A DNA stretch of 64,000 nt from an uncultured Eudoraea sp. (GCF_947260015.1 NZ_CAMYOM010000013.1:29173-93172); one strand, 5' to 3'. Shown: positions 28,397 to 40,176, numbered from the stretch's first letter. Program-made: numbers and translations. The notes: generated by a model not told the origin, from the letters alone.

Positions 28397-29842
28397 ATGG
28401 AGAAAATTATTGAGGAAAAAAATCAAGGCACTGCACTTACGCTGGAGAAAGACCAGAAAAACAGCCGTAATTTATATATTGAAAGCTATGGCTGTCAAAT
28501 GAATTTTTCAGACAGTGAAATTGTTGCTTCCATCTTAGCACAAGAAGGTTTTAATACCACTAATTCTTTGGAAGAGGCAGACCTTGTTTTGGTGAACACT
28601 TGTTCTATTCGGGAAAAAGCGGAGCTGACTGTTAGAAAAAGGCTTGAAAAATTTAATGCCGTTAAAAAAACTCGTCCGCATTTGAAAGTAGGAGTATTGG
28701 GATGTATGGCAGAAAGGCTTAAAAGTCAGCTTTTAGAAGAAGAAAAAATCGTTGATATGGTGGTGGGTCCTGATGCTTATAAGGATCTGCCAAATCTTAT
28801 CCGAGAAGTAGATGAGGGAAGGAATGCCGTTAATGTTATACTTTCCAAGGATGAAACATACGGCGATGTGGCTCCGGTGCGATTAAATTCAAACGGGGTA
28901 ACCGCCTTTGTATCCATTACTCGTGGCTGTGATAATATGTGTACCTTTTGTGTTGTTCCCTTTACAAGGGGTCGGGAGCGCAGCAGAGATCCTCATTCAA
29001 TTGTAAATGAAGTAAATGAACTATGGGAAAAGGGGTTTAAGGAAGTTACCTTATTGGGCCAGAATGTTGACAGTTACTTGTGGTATGGAGGTGGTTTAAA
29101 AAAAGATTTCCGTATAGCATCAGCAATACAGCAAGCAACATCAGTGAATTTTGCCAATTTATTAGAATTAGTTGCTCAAGCGCAGCCTAAAATCAGGATC
29201 CGTTTTTCCACTTCAAATCCACAGGATTTGACTCTCGATGTTATTGAAACCATGGCCAGATTTAAAAATATCTGTAATTACATTCATCTGCCTGTTCAGA
29301 GTGGAAGCGACAGAATTTTAAAGGCAATGAACAGATTGCACACCAGGGAAGAATATTTTGATTTAATAAATAATATTAGGAACATTTTACCGGACTGCGC
29401 CATAAGTCAGGACATGATTACGGGATTCCCAACGGAAACGGAGGAAGATCACCAGGATACTTTATCTTTAATGGAATATGTTAAGTATGACTTTGGATTT
29501 ATGTTTGCCTATTCTGAACGACCAGGTACAATGGCGGCGAGAAAACTTGTAGACGATATCCCTAAGGAAGTAAAAAAAAGAAGATTAAGTGAGATTATTG
29601 ATCTGCAATTAAAGCATAGCTTTTTTAGAACAAAACAACATTTAGGTAAAGTAGAAGAAGTTCTTATCGAAGGGACATCCAAAAAATCTGAATTGCAATG
29701 GATGGGACGTAATTCTCAAAATACGGTTGTGGTTTTTCCCAAAGAGAACTATTCAGTTGGAGAATTTGTTATGGTACGAGTAGAAAATTGTACTTCTGCC
29801 ACTTTATTAGGCGAAGCAGTTGGTTATTCTGAAAACAATTAA
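28397..29842 (+). CDS. miaB: tRNA-2-methylthio-N6-dimethylallyladenosine synthase MiaB
   Basis: UPF0004 domain cysteines (YGCQMN...NTCSIR), radical-SAM CDNMCTFC and a TRAM C-terminus. The start is taken at the ATG at 28397. The track ORF begins at an upstream TTG. Confidence 0.95.
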   Translation: MEKIIEEKNQGTALTLEKDQKNSRNLYIESYGCQMNFSDSEIVASILAQEGFNTTNSLEEADLVLVNTCSIREKAELTVRKRLEKFNAVKKTRPHLKVGVLGCMAERLKSQLLEEEKIVDMVVGPDAYKDLPNLIREVDEGRNAVNVILSKDETYGDVAPVRLNSNGVTAFVSITRGCDNMCTFCVVPFTRGRERSRDPHSIVNEVNELWEKGFKEVTLLGQNVDSYLWYGGGLKKDFRIASAIQQATSVNFANLLELVAQAQPKIRIRFSTSNPQDLTLDVIETMARFKNICNYIHLPVQSGSDRILKAMNRLHTREEYFDLINNIRNILPDCAISQDMITGFPTETEEDHQDTLSLMEYVKYDFGFMFAYSERPGTMAARKLVDDIPKEVKKRRLSEIIDLQLKHSFFRTKQHLGKVEEVLIEGTSKKSELQWMGRNSQNTVVVFPKENYSVGEFVMVRVENCTSATLLGEAVGYSENN

Positions 29843-29844
29843 GT

Positions 29845-31110
29845 ATGGAAAGTGTACAGGCAATAAAACAGCGTTTTGAGATTATCGGAAATGATCCAAA
29901 GCTTAATCGCGCGTTGGAAAAGGCTATTCAGGTTGCCCCTACAGACATTTCTGTCTTGGTTACAGGTGAAAGTGGTGTTGGAAAAGAGGCCGTACCAAAA
30001 ATTATTCACTCTTTATCCCATAGAAAACACGCAAAATATATAGCTGTAAATTGTGGAGCCATCCCCGAAGGCACGATAGACAGTGAGCTATTTGGGCATG
30101 AAAAAGGAGCTTTTACCGGGGCGACACAAACCAGAAGAGGATATTTTGAAGTTGCAGATGGTGGCACCATCTTTTTAGATGAAGTAGGGGAACTTCCACT
30201 TACCACTCAGGTACGGCTACTCAGAATATTGGAAAACGGGGAATTTCTAAAAGTAGGATCTTCTCAGGTACAAAAAACCGATGTTCGTATTGTGGCTGCC
30301 ACGAACATGAATATGATAGAGGCCATCAAAGAGGGAAAATTCAGAGAAGATTTATATTATAGATTAAGTACGGTAGATATTCATATTCCTCCTCTAAGAG
30401 AACGAAGTGAGGATGTTCATTTATTATTTAGAAAATTTGCGTCGGATTTTGGCCAGAAGTATAAAATGCCAACTATTAGGCTGCGGGATGATGCCATACA
30501 ATTACTTACAAAATACAGATGGCCCGGAAATATCCGACAATTAAGAAATGTTGCTGAACAAATATCGGTTTTAGAAACGGAAAGAAATATAAGTTTATCA
30601 ACTTTAAACGACTATTTACCAAATGCCAACGATTCTAATCTTCCGGCCGTAATTGAAAGGAGAAAAAAGGAAAGTGATTTTAGTAACGAAAGAGAAATTC
30701 TTTACAAGGTCTTGTTTGATATGAAAGGAGATCTTAATGATCTCAAAAAGCTTACCTTGGAACTGCTTCAAAACAATGATTCCTCGAAAGTACAGGAGGA
30801 AAATGAACATCTGATCCGTAAAATCTATGGTACGAACGGGGAGGATGCTAAGGAAGAAGATAGTAAAGCATTAAAAGTTTTACCCCTTCCGGAAGCCAGA
30901 ATAGAAACAGGACCGGAAATACAACAGGAAGACAAATATCATTTTGCAGAGGAAATAGAGGAGGAAGAAACACTTTCTTTACAGGAAAAAGAAATTGAAT
31001 TAATCCGTAAATCACTTGAGAGAAACAGGGGCAAACGAAAAGCCGCAGCCGCAGAATTAGGAATTTCTGAAAGAACGCTTTATAGAAAGATTAAACAATA
31101 TGATTTGTAA
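29845..31110 (+). CDS. Sigma-54-dependent transcriptional activator (AAA+ plus Fis-type HTH, no N-terminal sensor domain)
   Basis: Walker A GESGVGKE, the GAFTGA loop (EKGAFTGA), Walker B FLDEVGEL, an R-finger region and a C-terminal HTH (AAAELGISERTLYRKIKQY). The AAA+ domain starts within about 15 residues of the N-terminus. Confidence 0.9.
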   Translation: MESVQAIKQRFEIIGNDPKLNRALEKAIQVAPTDISVLVTGESGVGKEAVPKIIHSLSHRKHAKYIAVNCGAIPEGTIDSELFGHEKGAFTGATQTRRGYFEVADGGTIFLDEVGELPLTTQVRLLRILENGEFLKVGSSQVQKTDVRIVAATNMNMIEAIKEGKFREDLYYRLSTVDIHIPPLRERSEDVHLLFRKFASDFGQKYKMPTIRLRDDAIQLLTKYRWPGNIRQLRNVAEQISVLETERNISLSTLNDYLPNANDSNLPAVIERRKKESDFSNEREILYKVLFDMKGDLNDLKKLTLELLQNNDSSKVQEENEHLIRKIYGTNGEDAKEEDSKALKVLPLPEARIETGPEIQQEDKYHFAEEIEEEETLSLQEKEIELIRKSLERNRGKRKAAAAELGISERTLYRKIKQYDL

Positions 31111-31157
31111 CTAAATTTTGAATTCAACTATTCCGCTAACTTTTTGAACTATATCTT

Positions 31158-31676
31158 TTGAAAAAAACATTTAATAGTATTTTGAGCACCTCTCTGATGT
31201 TACTTTTAATTGGTTGTGGAGCTTACAACTTTACCGGGGGCGATGTAGGTACGGCAACATCATTTCAAGTAAATTATTTCCAGAATTATGCTTCACAAAG
31301 TCCCGGATCTACTTTTGAACCAGGTTTGGATAGAGATTTCACCCTGGCCCTGCAGGATCTGATCCTTAATCAAACAAGTTTAGATTTGCGCAATTCAGAT
31401 GCAGATTTATTATATGAGGGCGAAATTGTAGAATTCAGGATATCACCAATGACAGCGACCGCAGAACAGCGAGCGGCTCAGAATAGATTAACCATGGGAG
31501 TGAACGTTCGCTTTTTTAATCGGACAAAAGAAGATGTGGATTTTGAGCAGCGTTTTTCTTTTTTTTATGATTATGATGCTAATTCACAATTCTCATCCGT
31601 TAAGGATGAAGCTCTAGAGGCTATTTTTGAAAGAATAACCCAGGATATTTTTAATCAGTCGCTAGCAGACTGGTAG
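31158..31676 (+). CDS. lptE: LptE-like LPS-assembly lipoprotein
   Basis: Lipoprotein signal LLIGCG and a size of about 170 aa. The conserved neighbourhood miaB / sigma-54 EBP / lptE / secG is typical of Flavobacteriia. TTG start. Confidence 0.55.
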   Translation: MKKTFNSILSTSLMLLLIGCGAYNFTGGDVGTATSFQVNYFQNYASQSPGSTFEPGLDRDFTLALQDLILNQTSLDLRNSDADLLYEGEIVEFRISPMTATAEQRAAQNRLTMGVNVRFFNRTKEDVDFEQRFSFFYDYDANSQFSSVKDEALEAIFERITQDIFNQSLADW

Positions 31677-31750
31677 AATATATCTCAATATAATAGATGA
31701 GTTACTTAATACTGACGAGAATTAAAATAGTGGTTTACTAGTTAATTGAT

Positions 31751-32674
31751 ATGAACGTAGCAGACTTTACATTCTTATTGCAAAATCCGGCTAAGGTTTT
31801 AGAACCTGTCCAGACCAATCAATTGGAAGATATCCTTAAGGAGTACCCGTACTTCCAGGCTGCCCGTGCACTTCATTTAAAAGGACTAAAGAATCTGAAT
31901 AGCTTTAAATATAATAATGCCCTGAAAGTGACAGCGGCCTACACCGCCGACAGGGATATACTTTTCGATTTTATTACCTCCGAAGTGTTTCTCCAAAACT
32001 CAATTGCAGATACTATTTCTGGTAAAACTTTACCATTGGCAGACAAGGATATCATCTCAGAAGAGGTTGAACCTAACCCTGATGCTGACACTCACCTTAT
32101 TGATGATTCAGAGGATCATCCTTTACCTCAAACCGCTAAAGACGCGAATAAGATCCTGGACCCTTCACTTTTTGAGTCGAAGGATCCTGAAGTAGATAAA
32201 GACATCGCAGCGAAAAAAAAGGCAGCGGCAGAATTAGAGCTTGGCAAACCCCTCCCCTTTACAAAACGAGAAAAACATTCTTTTGGTGAGTGGTTACAGC
32301 TTACTTCATTTAAATCAATAAAAAGGGGAAAAGAAGAATACAAAGAAGAGGAAATGAAGGATATTCACTTTCCATTAGAGGAGGACATCCTAAAAAAGAA
32401 AAAATTTGAGTTAATAGATAAGTTTATAGAAAACAAGCCTAAGATAGATCCCTCAGATAATCTGACTTCAAACATTAACATTAAAGAATCAACTACACTT
32501 GATAAAAATGAGTTGATGACTGAAACACTGGCGAAGGTATATCTGGAGCAAAAAAAGTATAAAAAAGCCATTCAGGCATATAAGATTTTAAGTTTGAAAT
32601 ATCCAGAAAAAAGTAGTTTCTTTGCAAACCGAATAAAAGCTGTACAAAAATTACGGCAAGAAAACACAAAATAA
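31751..32674 (+). CDS. Hypothetical protein (acidic low-complexity centre, TPR-like C-terminus)
   Basis: Long ORF with good coding character. Its stop directly abuts the secG start. The C-terminus AKVYLEQKKYKKAIQAYKILSLKYPEKS resembles a TPR. Confidence 0.5.
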   Translation: MNVADFTFLLQNPAKVLEPVQTNQLEDILKEYPYFQAARALHLKGLKNLNSFKYNNALKVTAAYTADRDILFDFITSEVFLQNSIADTISGKTLPLADKDIISEEVEPNPDADTHLIDDSEDHPLPQTAKDANKILDPSLFESKDPEVDKDIAAKKKAAAELELGKPLPFTKREKHSFGEWLQLTSFKSIKRGKEEYKEEEMKDIHFPLEEDILKKKKFELIDKFIENKPKIDPSDNLTSNINIKESTTLDKNELMTETLAKVYLEQKKYKKAIQAYKILSLKYPEKSSFFANRIKAVQKLRQENTK

Positions 32675-33040
32675 ATGAGCACATTTTCAATCTTTTTAGT
32701 CCTTATCATAGTGGTTTGTTTACTCCTGATATTGGTTATTATGGTGCAAAATCCTAAGGGAGGCGGATTATCTTCTTCGTTTGGTGGAGGAGGAACTCAA
32801 ATTGTTGGGGGTGTTAAAAAAACTGGTGATTTCCTGGATAAAAGCACCTGGACTTTAGCCACGCTATTAATAGTTCTTATTCTATTATCCAATGTAGCAC
32901 TTAAAGGAAATTTTGGGGAAACCGAATCTAAATTACTGCAAGGTGATGATATTGATAATGTAGTTCCCGAAACCGTTCCTGAGGAAGTTCCGGAACAATT
33001 ACCTGCAACTGACAATAACAATCCTTCAGATTCAATTTAG
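32675..33040 (+). CDS. secG: Preprotein translocase subunit SecG
   Basis: The motif MVQNPKGGGLSSSFGGGG after TM1, a second TM helix, and a Pro/Glu-rich tail. Confidence 0.8.
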   Translation: MSTFSIFLVLIIVVCLLLILVIMVQNPKGGGLSSSFGGGGTQIVGGVKKTGDFLDKSTWTLATLLIVLILLSNVALKGNFGETESKLLQGDDIDNVVPETVPEEVPEQLPATDNNNPSDSI

Positions 33041-33065
33041 TAGTGTAAAGAAATAAAATATATTC

Positions 33066-33098
33066 AAATGCCAGCATAAATGACAAGCTGGCATTTTT
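33066..33098 (+). terminator. Rho-independent terminator after secG
   Basis: 10-bp stem aaatgccagc/gctggcattt followed by a T run. Confidence 0.7.
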
Positions 33099-33181
33099 AT
33101 TTTAACATTATGTCAGTTTTTAAGCAATGGCATAATTTCTGCCCAATAGAAGGAAACAATTTAAACTAAAAACTAAGTAAT

Positions 33182-33460
33182 ATGGCTAAAGTAAACATTA
33201 AACCACTTGCAGACAGGGTCTTAATTGAGCCTATGGCAGCGGAGACCAAGACGGCATCAGGGATTTATATCCCGGATACTGCAAAGGAAAAACCACAAAA
33301 AGGGAAAGTCGTGGCAGTAGGTCCGGGAACTAAAGATGAGAAAATAACAGTTAAAGTCGGAGATACTGTACTTTATGGAAAATATGCAGGTACTGAACTT
33401 AAACTTGAAGGTTCCGATTACCTTATGATGCGTGAAAGTGACATTTTAGCAATTATTTAA
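33182..33460 (+). CDS. groES: Co-chaperonin GroES
   Basis: Canonical sequence ([12 protein letters not shown]...[13 protein letters not shown]...). Confidence 0.97.
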   Translation: MAKVNIKPLADRVLIEPMAAETKTASGIYIPDTAKEKPQKGKVVAVGPGTKDEKITVKVGDTVLYGKYAGTELKLEGSDYLMMRESDILAII

Positions 33461-33479
33461 TAACAAAAATTACAACTAG

Positions 33480-35117
<1,638 letters not shown>

Positions 35118-35135
35118 GAATTTGAAATTTAAGTT

Positions 35136-35168
35136 AAAAAACCGCTCTTAAAAAAGAGCGGTTTTTTT
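35136..35168 (+). terminator. Rho-independent terminator after groEL
   Basis: aaaaaaccgctctt-aaaa-aagagcggtttttt: perfect 14-bp arms with a T run. Confidence 0.85.
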
Positions 35169-35763
35169 ATTAAGTATACCTTTTAATTAGTATAGATTTC
35201 TGTCTTATAAAAAGCAGGAACAGAAAACCAGTAGCGTATAAAAGTCTATCTTACCAAATTTTCTGTAGCCAGATCTATAAAACGGTAAGCCCGGGCATTT
35301 GTTCCGTCTATAACGGCTAATACTTTACAAAACAGAATTTGTTATCCTTTCCGGGTATCATCATCCAATTTAAACTTACCGGCAATGAGCGTATTTTATT
35401 GTAATCGTAGTTCAGTCTAAACTGCCAAATGCAGCTTTCTTCTATTGGCAATCCTAAATTGTTAGACAAAGACACTCAACCAGAATAACAGGTTTGTGAA
35501 ATGGCTTGTGGCCCAAATAGAAAAATACAGGCATAAATTGTGGTTAGTAAATACATACTTCTTCAACTGCCTTAGTTTAGTATGTAGATCTATTCAATCT
35601 TTACAATGTAGCTACTTCCTATATTATTAAAAGAATTATTTTACAGGGTAACATTAGTATGAGAGTAGAAAGAAAACAACGGTTTTTATATCGTCTAAGT
35701 GATTTTTACTCATATCTAGACCAGGATACCTCAAATATAATGTGTGCATCAATCCGGTAATAT

Positions 35764-37035
35764 CTAGTTATGACTCTCATGACCTGTCATTACTTTTTCC
35801 GCTTTTTCGTTCATCATGGATTTTTTTCCTTTGAGTTGGGCCGCAGCATCCACTGTAAAAGTTCCGTTAGTCACAATCTCATCACCATTTTGTAATCCAT
35901 TTAAAACGACATACCCTTCATTGAGCATATCTCCCAGAGTTATTTCACGCATTTCAAAAGTCGGATTTTCCGGATCAGTCTTGATATAGACCACCGAACG
36001 TTCCCCTGTCCAAAGAACAGCACTTTCTGGAATTACAATCATATCATCCTTCATTTTTGATCTAAGTCCTATCATACCGGCCACGAACATTCCCGGCTTT
36101 AATTGACCTTTTGGGTTTTGAAGAACTGCTCTGACCTCTATAGTTCTTGTCGCCGAATTCAATACAGGATCTATAAAGGAAATTTTAGCATCGAACTTGG
36201 TATCCGGATAGGCCTTGGTAACGATATCGATTTTTTGGCCTTCCTTTAAAAGAGAGACCTGATTTTCATAAGCATCAAAAACTGCCCAAACAGTATTGAG
36301 ATTAGCAATTTTAAATAAGGGCGAACCTTGTTTTACATAGTCGCCGGCTTTTACCATAATTTCCGAAACTGTTCCTGAGACGTTGGCATAAACAGGGAAA
36401 TTGTCATTAACCTTAGCTGTTTTCTCAATCTGCTCAATTTGTTTTTCGGATAGTTTCCAAAGTTTTAGTTTATTGCGAACGGCGTGGTATAAAGCAGGTT
36501 GAGATTCCTTTAGGCTTGCGGCCGTTATCAATTCCTGTTGGGCCGAAACCAATTCAGGGGAATAGATGGTCGCCAGCTGCTGCCCGTTTCTGACTTCCTC
36601 GCCCTCAAAATTTATGAACAGTTTTTCTATCCGTCCATCAAAGTAAGAAGCCTGTGTTGCAATAGCCTTTTCGTTTTCCTTTATTTTTCCGGAAAGTTTA
36701 AGGGTATTATCGCCCGAAGTTCCCAGGCCAACTCTGGTAGTACCAATATTGGCCAGGGCCATGGCGTTCTTTGTCAATTTAAATTGGCCAATTGCCAAAC
36801 CATCCGCTTCGGATTCGGCAGGAATCAAATCCATTCCGCAAATGGGGCAAGCACCCGGTTCGGGTTGCATAACTTGTGGATCCATAGAACATGTCCACAT
36901 TTGGACTGATGTCATTTCCTGGCTATGGTCATGTTCTTCAGCTAGACCTTCATTTGAGTTATTTCCAAAAAAGAGGTATCCGGCCAACAAGCCTCCGATT
37001 GCTGCCAGTCCGATATAAAGAATGTTTTTTTTCAT
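35764..37035 (-). CDS. cusB: Heavy-metal RND periplasmic adaptor (CusB-like) with N-terminal CxxC heavy-metal-binding module
   Basis: MFP architecture plus WTCSMDPQVMQPEPGACPICGMDLIP near the N-terminus. Last gene of the copper island operon. Confidence 0.85.
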   Translation of the reverse strand: MKKNILYIGLAAIGGLLAGYLFFGNNSNEGLAEEHDHSQEMTSVQMWTCSMDPQVMQPEPGACPICGMDLIPAESEADGLAIGQFKLTKNAMALANIGTTRVGLGTSGDNTLKLSGKIKENEKAIATQASYFDGRIEKLFINFEGEEVRNGQQLATIYSPELVSAQQELITAASLKESQPALYHAVRNKLKLWKLSEKQIEQIEKTAKVNDNFPVYANVSGTVSEIMVKAGDYVKQGSPLFKIANLNTVWAVFDAYENQVSLLKEGQKIDIVTKAYPDTKFDAKISFIDPVLNSATRTIEVRAVLQNPKGQLKPGMFVAGMIGLRSKMKDDMIVIPESAVLWTGERSVVYIKTDPENPTFEMREITLGDMLNEGYVVLNGLQNGDEIVTNGTFTVDAAAQLKGKKSMMNEKAEKVMTGHESHN

Positions 37036-37078
37036 AATTCTGAAATTTATTTTTTTGTCTTTTCCTTAGATCATTGGT

Positions 37079-39580
37079 TTAATCTATTATTGTATTTCTT
37101 AATCTGAGTGAATTGGCAATGACAGAAACAGAGCTAAAACTCATGGCTGCAGCAGCTATCATCGGGGAAAGCAATATCCCAAAAAAAGGATAGAGCACTC
37201 CGGCAGCAATGGGTACGCCAAGAGTATTGTACACCAGTGCGAAGAATAGATTCTGTTTGATGTTCTTCATTACCTTGTCACTCAGGTTTCTTGCTTTTAC
37301 GATTCCATGCAAATCGCCCTTTACTAAAGTAATGGTTGCACTCTCAATAGCCACGTCTGTTCCTGTGCCCATGGCAATACCCACATCACTTTTCGCCAGG
37401 GCCGGGGCATCGTTTATACCATCTCCTGCCATTGCAACTACTTTTCCAATCCCCTGAAGTCGCGCTACTTCATTCAACTTGTCCTCAGGGAGCAAACCCG
37501 CCTTAAAATGAGCCAGATTTAGTTCGCCAGCCACCGCCTGCGCGGTATCGTGATTATCACCTGTTAGCATAATGACTGCGATACCTTTATCCTGTAATTC
37601 CTGGATTGCCTTAGCACTTGTCCCTTTTATTTTATCGCCAATAACAATATAGCCCGCGACCTTTTGATCAATAGCCAGATAAGAAACAGTTTTACCTTGT
37701 TTTTGATAGGTCCGGGCTTCGTTTTCCATTGCCTCTAAAAAAGATGCATTGGCCTTTTCCATCATTTGGGCATTGCCCAGAGCCGTCTTCTTTCCGTTCA
37801 CTTTTCCTTCAACGCCTTTGCCTGTTACCGCATTGAAACCAGGAGCTTTGAGGATTTCCACCTGTTGTTCTTTACCATATTTTAAGGTAGCCTCCGCTAA
37901 GGGATGTTCACTCAGGCTGTTCAGGGAGACGATGTATTGTAAAACATCTTTTTCGCTAAAATTATCCCCGAATGCACCAACTTTTTCAACCGTTGGTTTT
38001 CCTTCTGTAATGGTTCCGGTCTTATCTATAATCAAAGTATCTACTTTATTCATCTTTTCCAAGGCTTCGGCATTTTTGATAAGTACCCCATTCTGTGCAC
38101 CCTTGCCGACACCGACCATGACCGACATCGGTGTAGCTAACCCCAATGCACAGGGACAAGCGATTATCAATACCGCAATTGCATTGACGAGGGCATAGAC
38201 ATAGGCAGGCTCGGGTCCCCATACCACCCAGACTATAAAAGTGATGACCGCTATAATAACGACCACCGGAACAAAATAGCCCGAAACTGTATCCGCTAAC
38301 TTTTGAATAGGTGCACGGCTGCGACTCGCATCGTTGACCATTTGTATAATTTGAGAAAGTAAGGTGTCCGATCCAACTTTTTCTGCCTTCATCAAAAAGG
38401 ACTGATTACCGTTGATAGTGCCGCTACTTACTTTGTCGCCAAGGCTTTTGTTCACTGGAATGGGTTCGCCCGTAATCATGGATTCATTTATGGAAGTCTC
38501 GCCTTCGGCAATTACACCATCCACAGGAATCTTGTCGCCTGGTTTTACCCTTAGTATATCGCCCAATTGTATCTGGTCTATGGCAACTTCCTCTTCCTGA
38601 CCATTGACAACCCGAACAGCCTTGTTGGGAGCCAGCTTCAACAATTCCTTTACTGCGGAATTTGTTTTACTATGTGCCCTTGCCTCCAATACTTGCCCTA
38701 ACAAGACTAAGGTAAGTATGACAGTAGCGGCTTCAAAATAGACGTGAACGCTTCCTGTTTCCGTTTTGAATTGGGCCGGGAAAAAGTCTGGAAAGAGCAT
38801 TCCGAATACACTGAACAGCCATGCCACACCTGCTCCTATTCCTATTAGGGTAAACATATTGAGGTTCCAAGTCCTGATGGAGCGATAAGCACGTTCAAAG
38901 AACATCCATGTTGCATAGAACACTACAGGAATGGAAAGTGCGAATTGTATCCAGTTCCAGTTTTTCTGTTCCATAATTTCATGGAGCGGATTATTGACCA
39001 ACATTTCGGACATCGCAATCACAAAGATGGGCAAGGTGAAGGCCAATGCTATCCAAAACTTTTTGAGCAACTTTTTATAGGTTTTTTCCTCTGCCGAAAG
39101 GTTGGATTCGATCGGAACGAGATCCATCCCGCAGATGGGACAACTACCCGGTGCGTCCCTCATTATTTCAGGATGCATAGGGCAGGTGTATTGTGTTGAA
39201 GATAAGGACTGGAAATTTTGTTCCTCTACCAAATCCATTCCACAGACAGGACAATCCCCGGGTTGATCATAGGTCTTATCACCTTCACAATGCATCGGAC
39301 AATAAAATGTGCCTGTACCATTTCCTTTGGGGGTTTCCGTTTTATTTGCTTCTGTATGGTGATGTTTGCCCCATTCATAAATGCTGTACCCACCACCATC
39401 ATTTTTCAAAGCCTCCTGAAACTTGTCTAAGGGAATATGGGTTTCCATCTCAATGGTCGCCTCCTCTTTTTCTAAATCTACTGAAACCACGGTTACACCT
39501 TTCACTTTTGCAAGTGTTTCCTGAACATGGTTTCTGCAACCGCTACAGGTCATTCCGTGTATGTGATAGGTGTGCTTCAT
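37079..39580 (-). CDS. copA: Copper-translocating P1B-type ATPase
   Basis: N-terminal HMA domain (GMTCSGC) and two CPMH...CPxCGMDLV modules. TM CPC motif (ACPCALGLATP), DKTGTIT phosphorylation site, GDGINDAP hinge. Confidence 0.95.
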   Translation of the reverse strand: MKHTYHIHGMTCSGCRNHVQETLAKVKGVTVVSVDLEKEEATIEMETHIPLDKFQEALKNDGGGYSIYEWGKHHHTEANKTETPKGNGTGTFYCPMHCEGDKTYDQPGDCPVCGMDLVEEQNFQSLSSTQYTCPMHPEIMRDAPGSCPICGMDLVPIESNLSAEEKTYKKLLKKFWIALAFTLPIFVIAMSEMLVNNPLHEIMEQKNWNWIQFALSIPVVFYATWMFFERAYRSIRTWNLNMFTLIGIGAGVAWLFSVFGMLFPDFFPAQFKTETGSVHVYFEAATVILTLVLLGQVLEARAHSKTNSAVKELLKLAPNKAVRVVNGQEEEVAIDQIQLGDILRVKPGDKIPVDGVIAEGETSINESMITGEPIPVNKSLGDKVSSGTINGNQSFLMKAEKVGSDTLLSQIIQMVNDASRSRAPIQKLADTVSGYFVPVVVIIAVITFIVWVVWGPEPAYVYALVNAIAVLIIACPCALGLATPMSVMVGVGKGAQNGVLIKNAEALEKMNKVDTLIIDKTGTITEGKPTVEKVGAFGDNFSEKDVLQYIVSLNSLSEHPLAEATLKYGKEQQVEILKAPGFNAVTGKGVEGKVNGKKTALGNAQMMEKANASFLEAMENEARTYQKQGKTVSYLAIDQKVAGYIVIGDKIKGTSAKAIQELQDKGIAVIMLTGDNHDTAQAVAGELNLAHFKAGLLPEDKLNEVARLQGIGKVVAMAGDGINDAPALAKSDVGIAMGTGTDVAIESATITLVKGDLHGIVKARNLSDKVMKNIKQNLFFALVYNTLGVPIAAGVLYPFFGILLSPMIAAAAMSFSSVSVIANSLRLRNTIID

Positions 39581-39583
39581 GTT

Positions 39584-40129
39584 TTATTTTTTTATAGTTT
39601 CAGTAACTTTTCCACATTTCAGCATCTTCTCGCCGTAATACGGATTTCTGATTTCTTCTACATCGGAAATCCAATATCCGCCTTTTCCATCGAAGGCCAT
39701 AGGGCAAAACTGCTTGTAGATGGCGCCTTCAGAAATAGTTTCTTTGAACAATGGTTCCACCTTTTCTGTAAGCTCCGAAAATAGCGTGCGTTGTTTTTCT
39801 ATGTCTTTGGTATCTAACATAGCTATGGCCATAGACTTAATTTCGTCACTTTCTCCGGTAAAACTTTCAGCAAGATTTCCGGCTGCCAAATTCACTTCCT
39901 CGGCATCGGAATTCACCAAAGCAATTCGGATCTGCTGATAATCATAGAATACTTTTCCGCTCACCTCATCCGAAAAGGAGGCGTCGGCAATTTCAGGAGA
40001 ACTTTCCTTTTTAGCTTCGATTTCAGCTGGGGCATTCATTTTAGTACCCTGCTTTTTATTTGCATCCCCACATGAGGCTAAAAAAATGACAATGATAGTT
40101 GTGATTGTTAAGGTTACTCTTCGTTTCAT
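39584..40129 (-). CDS. DUF3347-like lipoprotein (metal-resistance-associated, function unknown)
   Basis: Lipoprotein signal (FLASC), a helical body, and the C-terminal block FCPMAFDGKGGYWISDVEEIRNPYYGEKMLKCG that I recognise as the DUF3347 signature. Confidence 0.65.
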   Translation of the reverse strand: MKRRVTLTITTIIVIFLASCGDANKKQGTKMNAPAEIEAKKESSPEIADASFSDEVSGKVFYDYQQIRIALVNSDAEEVNLAAGNLAESFTGESDEIKSMAIAMLDTKDIEKQRTLFSELTEKVEPLFKETISEGAIYKQFCPMAFDGKGGYWISDVEEIRNPYYGEKMLKCGKVTETIKK

Positions 40130-40176
40130 CTTTTTATTTTTTAGAGTTTAAATTGATAATTATGAAATTGTATTTC

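Noticed and set aside
35230-35330. Possible transposase or integrase remnant (minus-strand peptide ...VLAVIDGTNARAYRFIDLATENLVR*)
   Set aside because: It is too short, is bounded by stops in all frames and has no diagnostic DDE or tyrosine-recombinase motif. It is kept only as part of the 'spacer' finding and is not called as a mobile element.
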